From: Ramazzottius varieornatus
Lineage: Eukaryota > Animalia > Tardigrada
Assembly: GCA_001949185.1 (NCBI GenBank)
Contig: BDGG01000003.1
Span: 4,957,092 to 5,021,091, forward strand
Direction: 5' to 3'
DNA: 64,000 bases
Numbering within the stretch: position 1 is the stretch's first letter; the number at the start of each line of letters is the position of its first letter. Under the pieces are notes generated by a model. That model saw only the letters and a program-made list of their open reading frames with translations, made no database searches and was not told the DNA's origin. Of this stretch, positions 37,372 to 49,746 are shown piece by piece. The position numbers were made by a program, and so were the translations under genes.

Positions 37372-40318
37372 ATGACCTTACCTAGCAGGCGGAAATCCGT
37401 ATCCGATCTTGTTGCGAAACTCAACGAGCTAACTTTCCAAGAAGAATACAGGGCACCTGAACAGCCACCTCCCGCCGACGACAGCACCGCACTACCACCA
37501 CCTGCGAAAGATGTCGACAATAAAGGTGGTCCGGAGGAGTCGAACGCCGCGAGAACATATCGACAGTTCCAGTCTGGTGACGTTGTGGCCGCGGAGAACT
37601 TCCAGCCTGTGAAGGTCACTGCAGGAAATATCCTCCCTGCGCTAGATTACTATGGATCGCCACCTATACCTTCGCCCTTTGCCAAACCCGTGCGATGGAT
37701 GGTGTGGTCCAAGCTGCAAGATCCAGCAGCGGAACTTTTACCAGAACTTGCTGATGTCCCTCAGAAGGAAAAAGACCCGAAAGTAATTTATCGTGAGGTT
37801 CTATCGTGCTTGTTCTTCTACGTAGTATTGACATACATTTGCAAATAGAGTTACGTGGATCGTTTTGCCCGGTGGCGCACGATCGCAGCTTAAAAAACCA
37901 GGAGCATGCGTCACTTGAGAAATTAATCTTGTCCAATTTCCTGAAGGTTGTCATAAGTGCGCACTCTCTCACTTGATATCAATGGAATCATGCGCCACTT
38001 GAAGCGACGATCTGGATGAAATCATTTGCCGACTGTCCAATGTTATATATTCATCTCCATGAATTCCGTATGCAGCCTTTTTGATTGTGTTTAGGCAAGA
38101 CCGGAGTCTCATGAGTCCTTTGGCGTGGAAGAACTTACAACTCTAAAAGGTATCAAGGAAACATCAGACCGAACCCGGAGGATGCTGCAGGAGAAGTGCC
38201 AGCTACTTGAAGCGAAACTACAGTATGAACGAGATCGAGTCGATGTGGAGACACAGTTGCACGAGAAGCTTCTCGAAACACTAGCCAACGCGAAAGAGAA
38301 GACCATGACGACTGTGGGGGACATGCTACGAGATAATGAACAGCTGGAACTTCGCATCAAGGAAGTCACTGCCAGGTTGAAAGAAGCTGACAGCGAACGA
38401 ACCCGGAAGTTGCATGAGGCGGATGAGAAAAGTGACAATGCCAGGAAACATTTTGAGAAGGTAATAAAAGGTAAGTTAACTTAACAGGGAGCTTCGCAAA
38501 CAAACTCGCTAAGAGTTTTTCCCCAATGGCGCATATGCGCGGTGCTAATGGCTGGAAGCATGCGCCACTTAAGAGAACGATCCCGTAAGTGGCGCACGTT
38601 CTCAGTGATAATGGCTGGAAGCTTGCCTGACTTGAAAAAAAAACGATCTTGCCGGGTTTATTTGCCGATTTGTCCACTTCCTGTTCGTTTCTGGAATGCC
38701 CCAAGAGAATTTGTTGGCTTTGCAGAGAAAGATGAGGCAATCATGAAAAGCATGAGCGAAGTCAAGTTTCTGAAGAAATTCGCCGAAGAGAAGGATCACG
38801 TTCAAGGCAGTATCGAAGAGCTGCGCGCAGCCGCTAGGAACCGATACATTCAACAACAGATGGAGCTGGAGCATATCCATAACATGCAGATGCAGGAGCA
38901 GCAGAAGCTGCAAGGTTTAGCGGCGGATCGTCTTCTGGCTCTGACGGAGAAAAGCTACGACAAAGCTCTAGAGAACATTGATGACAACACCATGGGTGTC
39001 TTCTTCAAGAACTATCAAGTACAGGACGCCGTCGCTATCTGGCTGGAGCGCAACAAGGACCTGCAAAAAGAGAAGTTGCTCGTAGAAGCTAAAATCAAGC
39101 ACGTGTTAGGAAGGCGGAAGGTCGCTGTGAAGTTCTTGAGGCTTTGCGGAGCCAAACAGGACAAACTGAATGAGAAGCTTTTCTATTATAAGAACCGGTA
39201 AGGTTTAAATTAGCAGTTTTTCAGTATTTTGGGCACTCGGTAAGCAAGGCGACAACACCGACTTTCCAAGTGGCGCAAATCTACAGCTAAATACACTGCA
39301 AACTTGCGCTCCCTGAGAAAACCATCGAAATCACCCAGATCACTGTTGAGCTGGCATTTTATCGGTATTTTTCAATAACCACTTTTTCTTAATATCTTCT
39401 CAGATACGATAGGGCGTTTTATCTGCTTCAACATGGTGTGGAGGAGTACGAAAAGCAGTCGCAAGCCATTGTGCCGTTTGTGCAGAGGAAGTACTACAGT
39501 AGAGCCAGAAAGTTGAGGATGATGGAGAACGCCGGTATCGCGAATCAAGGCGAGGCTCTTCGACTGAAAAGACTGCTGGCGGAGAAACTGAACAAGAAGA
39601 GCAGCATGGAAGAAGGCTTTCTGTGGGCGTTGAAGAAGGTGATGGAGAAAGCAAAGGCCGACCATGTGGACGACCTGACCTGGGAACAGAAGGAAATGGT
39701 CCTTCGGCGAGTCTTCGTTTACATGAACTTACAAAACTCTAAAAAGGTAACCATCTTCTTTCTATAAACGACTACTTTCAACGTTTGACTGACGCAGATA
39801 ATCTCTATGTACGCATGCAGCATGTTCGTACATGGGAATGGGGATGAGTTCGGACTCGGCCGTTTCTCTACAGTCTCCTTGCATTAAAATTAGTGTTGCT
39901 ACAGTACACTCAAGCAGTCGACCTCCTTGAGTACGTTTGTCTTGAAGTTTCATCTCTGGGGGAATTCAGCCATTCTTGTTTACAGAACAATTCAGCAGTT
40001 TACGAAGCAAGTCTGACGTCCGAAGTGGAAGCTTACGTTAACAACTTCGAGAAAAACCTTAGCAGTCTACCCAAAATATCCAGAGAAAAATCTTGGTCGG
40101 CTGCGCCCTCAGCCACCTCCACACAAGTCCAGAAAGCAGAAGGCGACGCTCTTCCTCCAACACCTGCCGACCGGGATCCGTCCATGGCCACAAGCTTCAT
40201 CCCCTCTCATCCTCACCATCTCAGCATGATTAGCGAATCGCCAGCCGAGCTGACGCAACAGCTTCCGGCATTCGGCTTTCATCAGCCCAAGAGCCTGCCG
40301 ACCTTGCCACAGACTTAA
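37372..40318 (+). CDS. BBOF1: Basal body orientation factor 1-like coiled-coil protein
   Basis: Long coiled-coil exons (38096-38470, 38726-39197) and DDLTWEQKEMVLRRVFVYMN, resembling the conserved BBOF1/CCDC176 C-terminal motif. The true start may lie in an upstream exon near 36860-37056. Confidence 0.72.
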
Positions 40319-40365
40319 GGAGTGGGTTAGTCTGACCTTTTTGAAGATTGCCTTGCTTTCTCTTG

Positions 40366-41240
40366 TCATTTCATAGTGGCCATATCTTTAATGACATTCA
40401 GCACACTTCCCAGGGCTTTTATTTCTTCATCAGTCGGCTCATAGTACTCGGTCTTGCCCGTGTCGTCGTTGACGCGCACTCCCGGCATGTAAGCGTCGAC
40501 TTGCTGGACAATCTTGTTCTTGAGGAAGCCACCACCGCGACACGCTTCGATGCAGCACCATTTGGCTGGATCGAGACAAACAGATAAAAATATGAAAATT
40601 TTAGTAAACGAGTTCGCAATGAACTGCGTGAAAGCTGAATTTCGCATCAAGGTCTGATGCATTATTCTTCATGAATGACAAGCAATTCTTTTCTCGCCAT
40701 CAGCATCTTCTAAATTTGTAATTTTTCTGGGGACAACTTACAGCGAGTGAAGAAGAGCAGTACAGTTACGCCGATGACTCCGAATATAATGGCGAAGATT
40801 TTTAGGACGAGAAGCTTGAAGCTTGAGGTCTTCTTCGCTCCTTGTTGAGGACTTTTGTGACTCTAATGAAGACAGCAGAAAGAAATGCAATGCTAAATGG
40901 GACGTTTGTAAATGGATTCGCCCAGCTCGCTTTTCAAGTGACGCACTCTCTTGAATACTAACAACGAAAGCCTGCGCCACTGTCGACAAGTCAGTCTTGT
41001 CGGATATCAATGACCTTTCCCCGAATGGCGTATGCTTAAAACAATGACAACGTGCGCCACTTGAAATAACGATCGGAACGAGACTTTTTGCCAGATAGTG
41101 ACGTAGTTTTGACTTGTGCAGAACAAGGAAGTGCTGACCTTGACTTTGTCAGCGGCAATGACGTCGGAAACCAGGAAAACGAATATACAGAGAAAGCAAA
41201 GAAGCAGTTTCCATCCAAGAAAAAGAGGTTTCTTAGCCAT
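40366..41240 (-). CDS. Small type-I membrane protein, unknown family
   Basis: Three phase-consistent exons: signal MAKKPLFLGWKLLLCFLCIFVFLVSDVIA, TM LLVLKIFAIIFGVIGVTVLLFF, cytoplasmic SKWCCIEAC...MATMK*. Confidence 0.65.
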
Positions 41241-42317
41241 GAACTACCCAAAGTGACGGAAGCATGTCGGAGATGGTAGAAGTCTAAACTAGCCACAAGA
41301 TCCAAGGGATATCTTGCTCGAGGTCAGTGGCTATAGGACTTTATCTGGAATTCCTCCTGGTTGCTACGTCGCCTTTTTTCATTGTCTGTAACGGTTACCA
41401 GCCGGGCGGTCTTCAGAATACTACTCCCGTTTCTTCTAATATCCGACAGTGACGAGCCAAGGATGGAAGCCTTTCCAACCGCAGACGATATTATGGCAGC
41501 TCTTCAAAGCACAGTAAGGGTCCCTGTGCTGGCCGCGCGTGGCGAAACTACAATCAGAAGTAGCAGGTACTCGAGCGCGCCCCACAAACAACGATCCATT
41601 GCGCAGTGTCGAACTATCGGCTTTCGCACCTTCGTGTACGTCGTCCTTCTTTGAAACTGGTGGTGACTGGTGAGTATCGTGGGGAAGGCGGCACTGTTTC
41701 CTGAGCTTCAGCGGCGTTTCCGGTGCACGGTGAGCATGCAAGCAGGTGATGTATTCGCTCATCTGCTCACCCCTGTAGCTAGGAGGTACCTCCGACGAGG
41801 CCGTGCCCACTTTCCTTCGACACATTCACATCACCTGTATCCGCCATGATTAAGATTCACTTCCGTCTTTATGTAAGCCTTCTGCTGTTTGAGGTGTGGA
41901 CAATTTCAGATGCGCTGATGCCAGTGCGAACGTCGTTGCTCTGGGGGATGTTTTCCTTCCTTTTCCTTCGTTACTCAAGATAATTGGCTGATGGTGGTCT
42001 GATTAAGACCGAATGCCCTTCGTAGCGGTTTCAGTTATTTACCATCTGCGCAATTCATTAATAGCATCTTCCGCCTCCGCGGAAAAGCCTCCACTGATGT
42101 CGGCACTGATCTATTAAAGCTGACGTACCGCAAACACGATTTGACCCTGCCCACAATATTGTGAGCTTTTCCTCCGTGTAATTAGCTGTGAAAAGACTCG
42201 CTGACAGTTTTAAATGCGTCGGCAATCGAAGGGTTAGCTTTTCCTGCACAGTTCCGCGATTCGTGCGAGCCGACCTTTGACTTACACTTTCAGGTCTATC
42301 GAGAATACTCGAGGATC

Positions 42318-43788
42318 ATGTCACATTCCATAGTTTTTCTATTCAGTTTTTCGTGCGTTGTTCAAGCTATGTCTATTGCTTCTGTCGTCGGAAACCCATT
42401 GCAGTACGCTGATATCAAACCAATTCATGGCCATGTGCATCCGATTCCTCCCACACCGAGGAGACTCAACCCCATCAACTCGCACTCTGATACGCTCCGA
42501 TGGATTATGGGCCGAGTTGGGAAGCGAGGAAATATCTCGAATAAATGCCAAGAGAACAAGGCGTGCGCCATGCTACAGCTCCAGCCGGGAACTTCGTCGT
42601 ACTGGATCGAAGAAATCTGCTCGTGTGGTCAAGATGCGCCATGTTCAACTGAATGGTCCGACCATAACGCCGACGGCAGATCCATCGACAACGCTGACAC
42701 CCAGCTGAAGGTATCCACACAGTTTCTACTCACTGGGTAGTATGTATTCTGTTAGTTTTGTATTTCCAGTTTTATCCGAGTAGCGCACGCTTCAGGCTAA
42801 TTACACTGACAAGGTGCGCCACTTTGGAAAACAGTCCAACTCGACAAAAACATTTTCCTAAGTGACGCACGCTATTAGCCGACAACTTTGGTTGCGTGCG
42901 CCACTCGGGAAAACAATTAAACTCGCCGTGTATCCCATTCCAAGTGGCGCGCTCTTCCAACCAATAGCTCCGAGAACGTGCGCCACTTGGGGACACAACA
43001 CAATCTTGTCGATTTCGCTTGCAGAGCTTCTGTACCATTGCGGTCATAAACGTGAGAACATGGAAATCAATCAATCAAAACAAAGGCGGAGTTCGGGGCG
43101 GGATTGCGGTGAAGATATTTGATGTACTTTATTGGAAAGCACTCTCTGAAATTTAGATCACTACGCCACTCACCCCGTAGCTCAACCTATCCCAAACTCT
43201 ATTACAGAACACAATACAGACAGAGGAAGCTACAGATATTAATATCACACAAGAAATCACAGAACGACTCCCGGTACCACAAAAAATAATAATTCTGCTT
43301 TCACAGTTGTGTAAGCCGGTGGAAGAGTTTCCGACCTGTGCAAGTGGCGATGTCTCCGTGACGACTTCGATGGAGACTAGCATGGCCGCTCCAGCCATTG
43401 TCCAAACCGCCGAGATCTTCTGCAGTTGTCCGAAAATGAACCACGAGTACAAGCTCCTTGACGCTGGGATAAAGGACTACGGGCATCGCACAGTGGTTTC
43501 CGCCCATTTTGGTTGCATTCCGGTGAGAGCGTTACCATAAGCTTTCCACAGCGGATCCCGTATTTCTTGTCTTTTCTTTGGTCAATGACATTTTACTAAT
43601 CCTAGGTGGAGCACTGCCTGGCGGACCAGCCATGTAAATTCCTAGCCATTCTACCGACCGGCGATGCTTTGACGCACCAGAACTGCTCTTGCCCCGAAAA
43701 GACGCGCTGCCCGCGAGAAAGCAACATCACCAGCGTCACACCTGCCATTTTCGATGAAATCTCCTATTACCCCTTTTTCTGCCAATAA
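42318..43788 (+). CDS. Secreted cysteine-rich protein, Argos/scoloptoxin-11-like
   Basis: Signal peptide; exons 42318-42710, 43307-43522 and 43606-43788. Three Cys modules (ICSC...C...LKLCKPVEEFPTC; IFCSCP; NCSCP...RCP...FFCQ*). Confidence 0.7.
42770..43030. repeat. Palindromic MITE-like element, three-unit array
   Basis: Three G[T/C]GCGCCACT arms near 42815, 42896 and 42978, in an intron of the Cys-rich gene. Confidence 0.8.
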
Positions 43789-44520
43789 TATCACAAACCA
43801 ATATTTTAAACCTGTTTTCGTTTTTGTAAAACTGTTGTTACTTGCTTACCATCCTTCGATCGATCGAGATTTAAATTGGAGGTCGGCAAACGAAACGTAC
43901 CCTGTGTAATACAAGATCTGTTGTCGTAAGTGGTGCAGGCTTCCAACTGGTGACAATGCGAACGTGCGCCGCTTGGGATAACGACGCTCTCGTGCGTTTC
44001 GTTCGCCAACCTTCCAAGTGCGCTGCTTTGCTCTGTTTTGTAGTCTCCAACTCTGAAATAAAGTTTTCGTCTGATAAAAACACCAATGAAATACTAAGCC
44101 TAATCCTCCGGAGAAAAATGGTCCCGTCTTTTCCTTTGATCAACGACCAGTTTGAAGTCACGGCTTCGTTAGCCTTTATTTACACCCGCAAACTGCCAAA
44201 AGATTCTACTGTAGTGCTACCAAATTATCGCGCATTCGACCACGTGAGCAGAAAATGATGCCCGGGTGAGAGTCAGCGAGGCTAAACTGATACATCTGAT
44301 CACACTGGGCAGCGATGACTCATCACGTGGTTCTGTGCGCGATAATTTGGTGGCACTACAGTAATACGATCCGTGATTTCAATCAACAAACTCTCAGAAG
44401 ACTACCTAAATAGATTAAATTATTTAAATGTCTGCGGACATAACAAAACACATTAGACTGCTTTATCTATGCTATAGGGCATACTTGGAAATTGTGACCC
44501 ATCCTTTCCGGCCCTTCTGT

Positions 44521-47500
44521 TTACTCGTCGGTATGCTCGCTGGTGACTCTTCGTCGTTTGGCGACCTTTTGGTGATCAATCAAGACCGCGGAGCTCGTGG
44601 GACTATCGCAAGCGAACTTGTGATCGGCAGTCTCCCGCTGGAAATAGTCGTCAATGTGCGGCCTCGCTACCTGCCAAACCTACAACCCCACCGAAACAGG
44701 ATGTCAGTACACGCAGAGCAATAAATTATGGGCCAGTAAAAATTACGGACCAGACCTTTAGGCTACGGTGGTACGGAAGAACATTCATACGCCACGGACA
44801 CAGTATGTACTTTGTGACACTTTTCTACGTTTGAATTTCCATTTTGCCGTCTTTTCCGCCTGCCCATAATTTGTACTGGCCCGTAATTTCTCGTCGTGCG
44901 TGTGTAGGAGCTCAGCGAACAAACTCGACCAGATCGCTTTCCCAGGTGGCGCAAGCTTCTAGCTGATATCAACATGAAGGTGCCCAACCTGGGCAAACAA
45001 CCGACGTTCGAAAAGATTGTTTCCTAAGTGGCGCACGCGCTCAGCTACCATCGCCGAAAAGCGTGCGCCACTTCGAGAAACTCGACAACCTCGACCAGAT
45101 CGTTTTTCCAAGAAGCGCACGTCTTCAGTAATATTGGCTAAATGCTGGCGCCGTTTGGAGAAACGATCCGCTTAAGCTTGTTCGCCGACTGCCCATTGGA
45201 TAACCCGCTCTGCACGTTTAACGGGAAAAAACGCCTATAAAGGGTCCTTCCTTCTTCGTTTACGTACCTGATTACGGACAATCAGTTCGGTGGCCGCATC
45301 AATATCCGGTGCCATGAAGCGATCTTTGTCCCAAGGCCTGCATATGAAAACACCCACGTTGGTATCGATGTGCTTTATCTGTATTAGCCTCCTTTGTTAA
45401 AGGTAAGGGATGACGGAGGTAAACAGGGCGAGGTGGAAAGAATCCAGACGACTTACGCCACCACGCTGCGCACTAATCGGTGGACTTCCTCCAGTGGTAA
45501 GGTCGTCCTCAGGGGACGCAGGAATTCGATGGCTTGGCACGCTGCCAGCAGTTCAATGGAAAGAACTGTAAACAAAACGATTGTTTTCGCTACGAAACCG
45601 GGAGAATAAAGTGGCACGTCAAAAGGAATTAAATCTGGGATTTTCCTGAGTGAAAGAAGCCACACTACTCACCTCGTTCAACATTCTCCACCACTTTGAG
45701 AGCTTTACGGGCGGCGAACCCACCCATGCTGACGTGGTCCTCAGTGGCGGCGGAAGTGGATAGACTGTCCACGGAGGCTGGATGGCAGAGGACCTTGTTT
45801 TCCGAGACTGTGGTTCAAGGAGGAACGGTGCAAAGAATTGCAAGGAAAGTATGTGAATTCATAGAAAGTCTGTCCAAGTGGCGCACGCTTCCAGCCAGGA
45901 ATGCTGTAAACGTGCGCCGCATGGGAAAACGACCAGACTTGACAAGATCACTTCCTGAAGTGGCGCAAGCTCTCAGCGGATAACAACTAAAACGTGCGTC
46001 ACTTGAGGTAATGACCCGGAGGAGTTATTCACCGACGTCGCATGCTATGGAATGCCGGTGAGGACGGAAAAGACTTCTTCGACGTACCGAGTGCCGCAGC
46101 TGTGCAGTGAGCCAGCATGAACCCGTTGTTCAGACCTCCATTCTTTGTCAAGAAAGCCGGAAGCTCGCTGAGAGCTGTATGGAAAGGAAAACTTTTGGGG
46201 GCGGATGCTGGCAGAAAAATTTGGATAGCGCTTACTTGGATTGCAAAGACGTTCAATTCGTCGTTCGCTCATGCTGGCGAGCTCGTGGACAGCGATGGCC
46301 AGGTAATCCAAGACCTTGGCCGGATATTCCCCGTGGAAGTTGCCTCCTGACATGGTTTCCCCGAGTTCAGCGAACACCATCTGTAACAAAGCATCTTGGT
46401 CAGTAAACAGACCACTTTCGACTTTCAATCACTACAGAAACTGAACGTCTGGTCTGGGAACTGAAGGAGTGAAGGTGTCAACGTCCGGAAAATTAATAGA
46501 AATTGGATAGCACGATCCTTTGTCATGAAACTTCACTCTTGGCCTGCCATTCATGCAGTTTGCTAACGTGTTTGGAGAGCCAGACTGCCGACGGAGAGAG
46601 CGGTTGCATTGTTGAGGTTGTTATATCGTCGACAGTCTTGTGGCACCATGAGAGATAACAACCAATCAACACAAGTAAGTGCCGTTTGTTTTGGCTTTCT
46701 TTGAGGCCAAACTTCTTTTCAGGTTTGTTCTTCGCTCGTCATTCTTTCTTCCTTAGGTTTCCCCTACGATCACTACTTTCCTGCTTTCGAAGGATGCCTC
46801 AAGCAGTGCTAGTGCTTCAGTGCGGGAACTGCCAGACGCACCAAGGGCAGTTGGCCAAGACTACCGCGAGCTGGACGTGCAAGATCTGCAACCAGAAGCA
46901 GCCGCTCAACAACGTAAGTCCGTCTCGTGTTTCATTCTCAACCAGTATAATCTTCTCCTGTGGGTAAACCGGGCTTCCCTTTTCAGGTGTTATTTGAAGG
47001 GACGGGCAAGCAGTGTCGAGAGAAAGTTCAGCAGCTGAACATGCAGAGAGGCATCGAAGAAACTCAACGGATTTGCGACGTTCACCAGCAAGACGAAAAT
47101 ATCCTCAGAATGAAGCTGGAAGATGAACACGCGGAAGACTCAAAGCCTCAGCATTACTAGCTACCTTTACGAATACACTGGACCAGAAGCTATCCTGTAC
47201 TTCGAACGGCTGAAATCGTTCGGGTTCATCGGACTGTACACTGTCGTTTGGAATCTCGGCAAAATTGCTTCCCAAGTGGCGGACTTTTCAAGTGTTATTA
47301 GAATTGTGCGCCAATCGGAAAAGCGATCTTGTCGAGTTTGCTGGTCTCGCAGAATCATTCCCCGATCTTTCTCTCATTCTTCCAAATACATCTTTACCCT
47401 TACCCCTTTTTTTCACGTCTACTTTAGCGTGTTTTATTCCCTCGGCTTACCGGATTATCCGTTGCGCTGTTGAGTTCTGTGGTCATGATGCCTTTGGCGA

Positions 47501-49746
47501 ATTCGATCGTATCGTGAACGACGCCATGAACCTGCATACATCTTAGTTAAATTTTCCTGGTCAAATTATGTTCTCCCGAAAGTGAGTTGACCGAAGACTT
47601 AGTCTTCCTGAAGTCGTACTTGGGGACAACAGCGTAGAGTATAGGCGTCCTGGACACGATCGCAAAAGCGATGCGAGGTGGCGATCTCCGAAGGATGTGT
47701 CTGGGAATGAAGTAAGGCCCGGAAGCGCTCGGCCACGGCGATCTGTCCCTTGTGAGGTCTCGCGTAATGTATCGCTACAAAGTAATCAGATGTCACTCAG
47801 TTCAATGAGCTCATAGATAAAAACGAACAAGTGATTCACCTTTCTCGTAGGCACGAGTGGACCCTTTGAGGACTTCCAGACTGAGCGCAGCGACCACGTC
47901 CGCCTGTAGAGCGATATTTTCTGCCCGTTCGATAGCTGAAAGAAGTTCCGCTGATGTTTCGATTTGTGGGTTGAAGAACCGTACAAAAGGAATTGGTCGT
48001 GGTGCGTACCTTCTGCACCGAGAGCGCTGATAAACTGGGTTCCGTTGATCATCGCAAGTCCTTCCTTTGGTCCGAAGACAATTGGTTCCATGCCGTTTGC
48101 CTGCAAGACCTGGTGGGAAAAATACGGTTAGTAGAAACGCGATAAGATATTTTAGTCATAATAGCAGCGCTTTCACTTAATTCCCTAGAATACCGGTGAA
48201 ATGGGAGCTCGGCAAACAAACTGGACCAGACGGCTTATCCAAGTGACGCACGCTTCCACCCAATAAGACCGAGGACGTGCGCCAGTCGGAAAAGCGATCT
48301 GGTCGAGTTCGTTTGCTGAGCTCTCCGAGTATTCCTCTCGCTTGATTCTCGGCGACGAATCATAAGAAAACTGACCGTTTTAGCATCGGACCAGCCGGTG
48401 ATGGGACTCCACATCTTGCCTTCACCAATCATGCCCAGAGCCAAATGGGAGAGAGGAGCCAGGTCTCCGCTTGCCCCGACAGTTCCTTGTTCAGGTACGT
48501 ACGATAGACAAGAGGCTACAGGAAGATACAAGTTTCGATTACTTTAAGTTTGACCGCACGCAGGGACGATAATTTCTCAGATTTACCGTTGAACATGTGG
48601 CACATCTTTTCCAGGTTGTGAAGGGAAATGCCACTGTAGCCTTTGGCCAGGATATTTATGCGGTTGCAAAGCAGCATTCGAATTCGGTGAATAGGTAGAC
48701 ACTGCCCGACTCCTGCCGCGTGTGATCGGATCAGATTCATTTGGAGTTCTCTGGAAAAACACTCGTCGATAGAACCTTTTTTTCCTGCAGGGCAAAGCGT
48801 CAGCGAAAGTCGTGGAAGGAACCTACAGGATGTCGTCTTTGGAAATGACAGTGCGAGCGAACTTGCCAAAGCCCGTATTGACACCGTAAACCACTAAAAG
48901 GTAAAACGTGATGTTCTGTCATCCTTTGTAAAGAACCTTTCTGGATGAGTATTTCAGGTACCTTTGTTGTCCTTGACGATCTGCTCTAAGACGTCACGCG
49001 AGGCTTGAACGCGCTTCCGCGATTCTTGGGTAAGCCTAATCTTGTACTTGTTCTGACCCAACGCGACCAGGTCCTCACAAGACATACTGTTTCCATCGAG
49101 CAGCAGGTACTGTTCCGTGGAAAAACATGACCATAAGAAGTTGACTAGGTCTTTGTTATAAATGACTTATTTTTCTGGTGCACAGGTAGCACGGATCATT
49201 CCGGTAACCGGGCGGCTTCATCTGAGTGATACTAACTTCGGACGGGGTCTCCAGCTGACCATCGAGCGCGTCCGTGGAAAAACGATGGCCGTTCTGTCCG
49301 TTAGCATGTCCATGAGTCCCGTTAGTGATATCACTCTTCAGGACTGTGGTTGAGGAACATCAAAACTTGGTAAATATGTATTGAAGAACTTGGGGGAAAC
49401 TTTGAGACGTGGGGAACCGAGCTGAAGCAGATCGTTACTTCAAGTGGCGCACTAAGTCGTTGTTAAAGCCTGATGCTGTGCGCCACATGTGTTCCCATTT
49501 CAAACGGCGGACCTTACCTATGGAGACTTGTTCGTTGTCGCTGAGGACGGATTTGATGATGTCGTCAAAGTCCAGCACAGCAGCTCCTTTGGTTTTCCGT
49601 AAGTCGGCAATGTCCAGCTGGTTTTCCCATTGCGGATAGCGTTTGGAGGCTCGTTTGACGGCTTCCTGACACAGCCATTGACACGTCTCCTCACCTGTAC
49701 AAGGGATGGTGTACCAGTCACTTCGAAGTTTGGTAATAATCTTCAT
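44521..49746 (-). CDS. HAL: Histidine ammonia-lyase with N-terminal Par3/HAL domain
   Basis: [22 protein letters not shown]-forming [65 protein letters not shown]. Confidence 0.96.
44907..45195. repeat. Palindromic MITE-like element, three-unit array
   Basis: GGAGCTCAGCGAACAAACTCGACCAGATC start; three units; in the last HAL intron. Confidence 0.8.
46794..47160 (+). CDS. MRNIP: MRN complex-interacting protein-like (97 aa), nested antisense in a HAL intron
   Basis: Exons 46794-46913 and 46987-47160: [17 protein letters not shown]...[14 protein letters not shown]|[22 protein letters not shown], the CxxC..WxCKxC..Q and CRxxVQxLN pattern of the MRNIP N-terminal domain. Confidence 0.85.
48203..48325. 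repeat. Palindromic MITE-like element, complete single-unit example
   Basis: GGGAGCTCGGCAAACAAACTGGACCAGA...AAGTGACGCAC-25nt-GTGCGCCAGT...TCTGGTCGAGTTCGTTTGCTGAGCTCTC, in a HAL intron. Confidence 0.85.
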
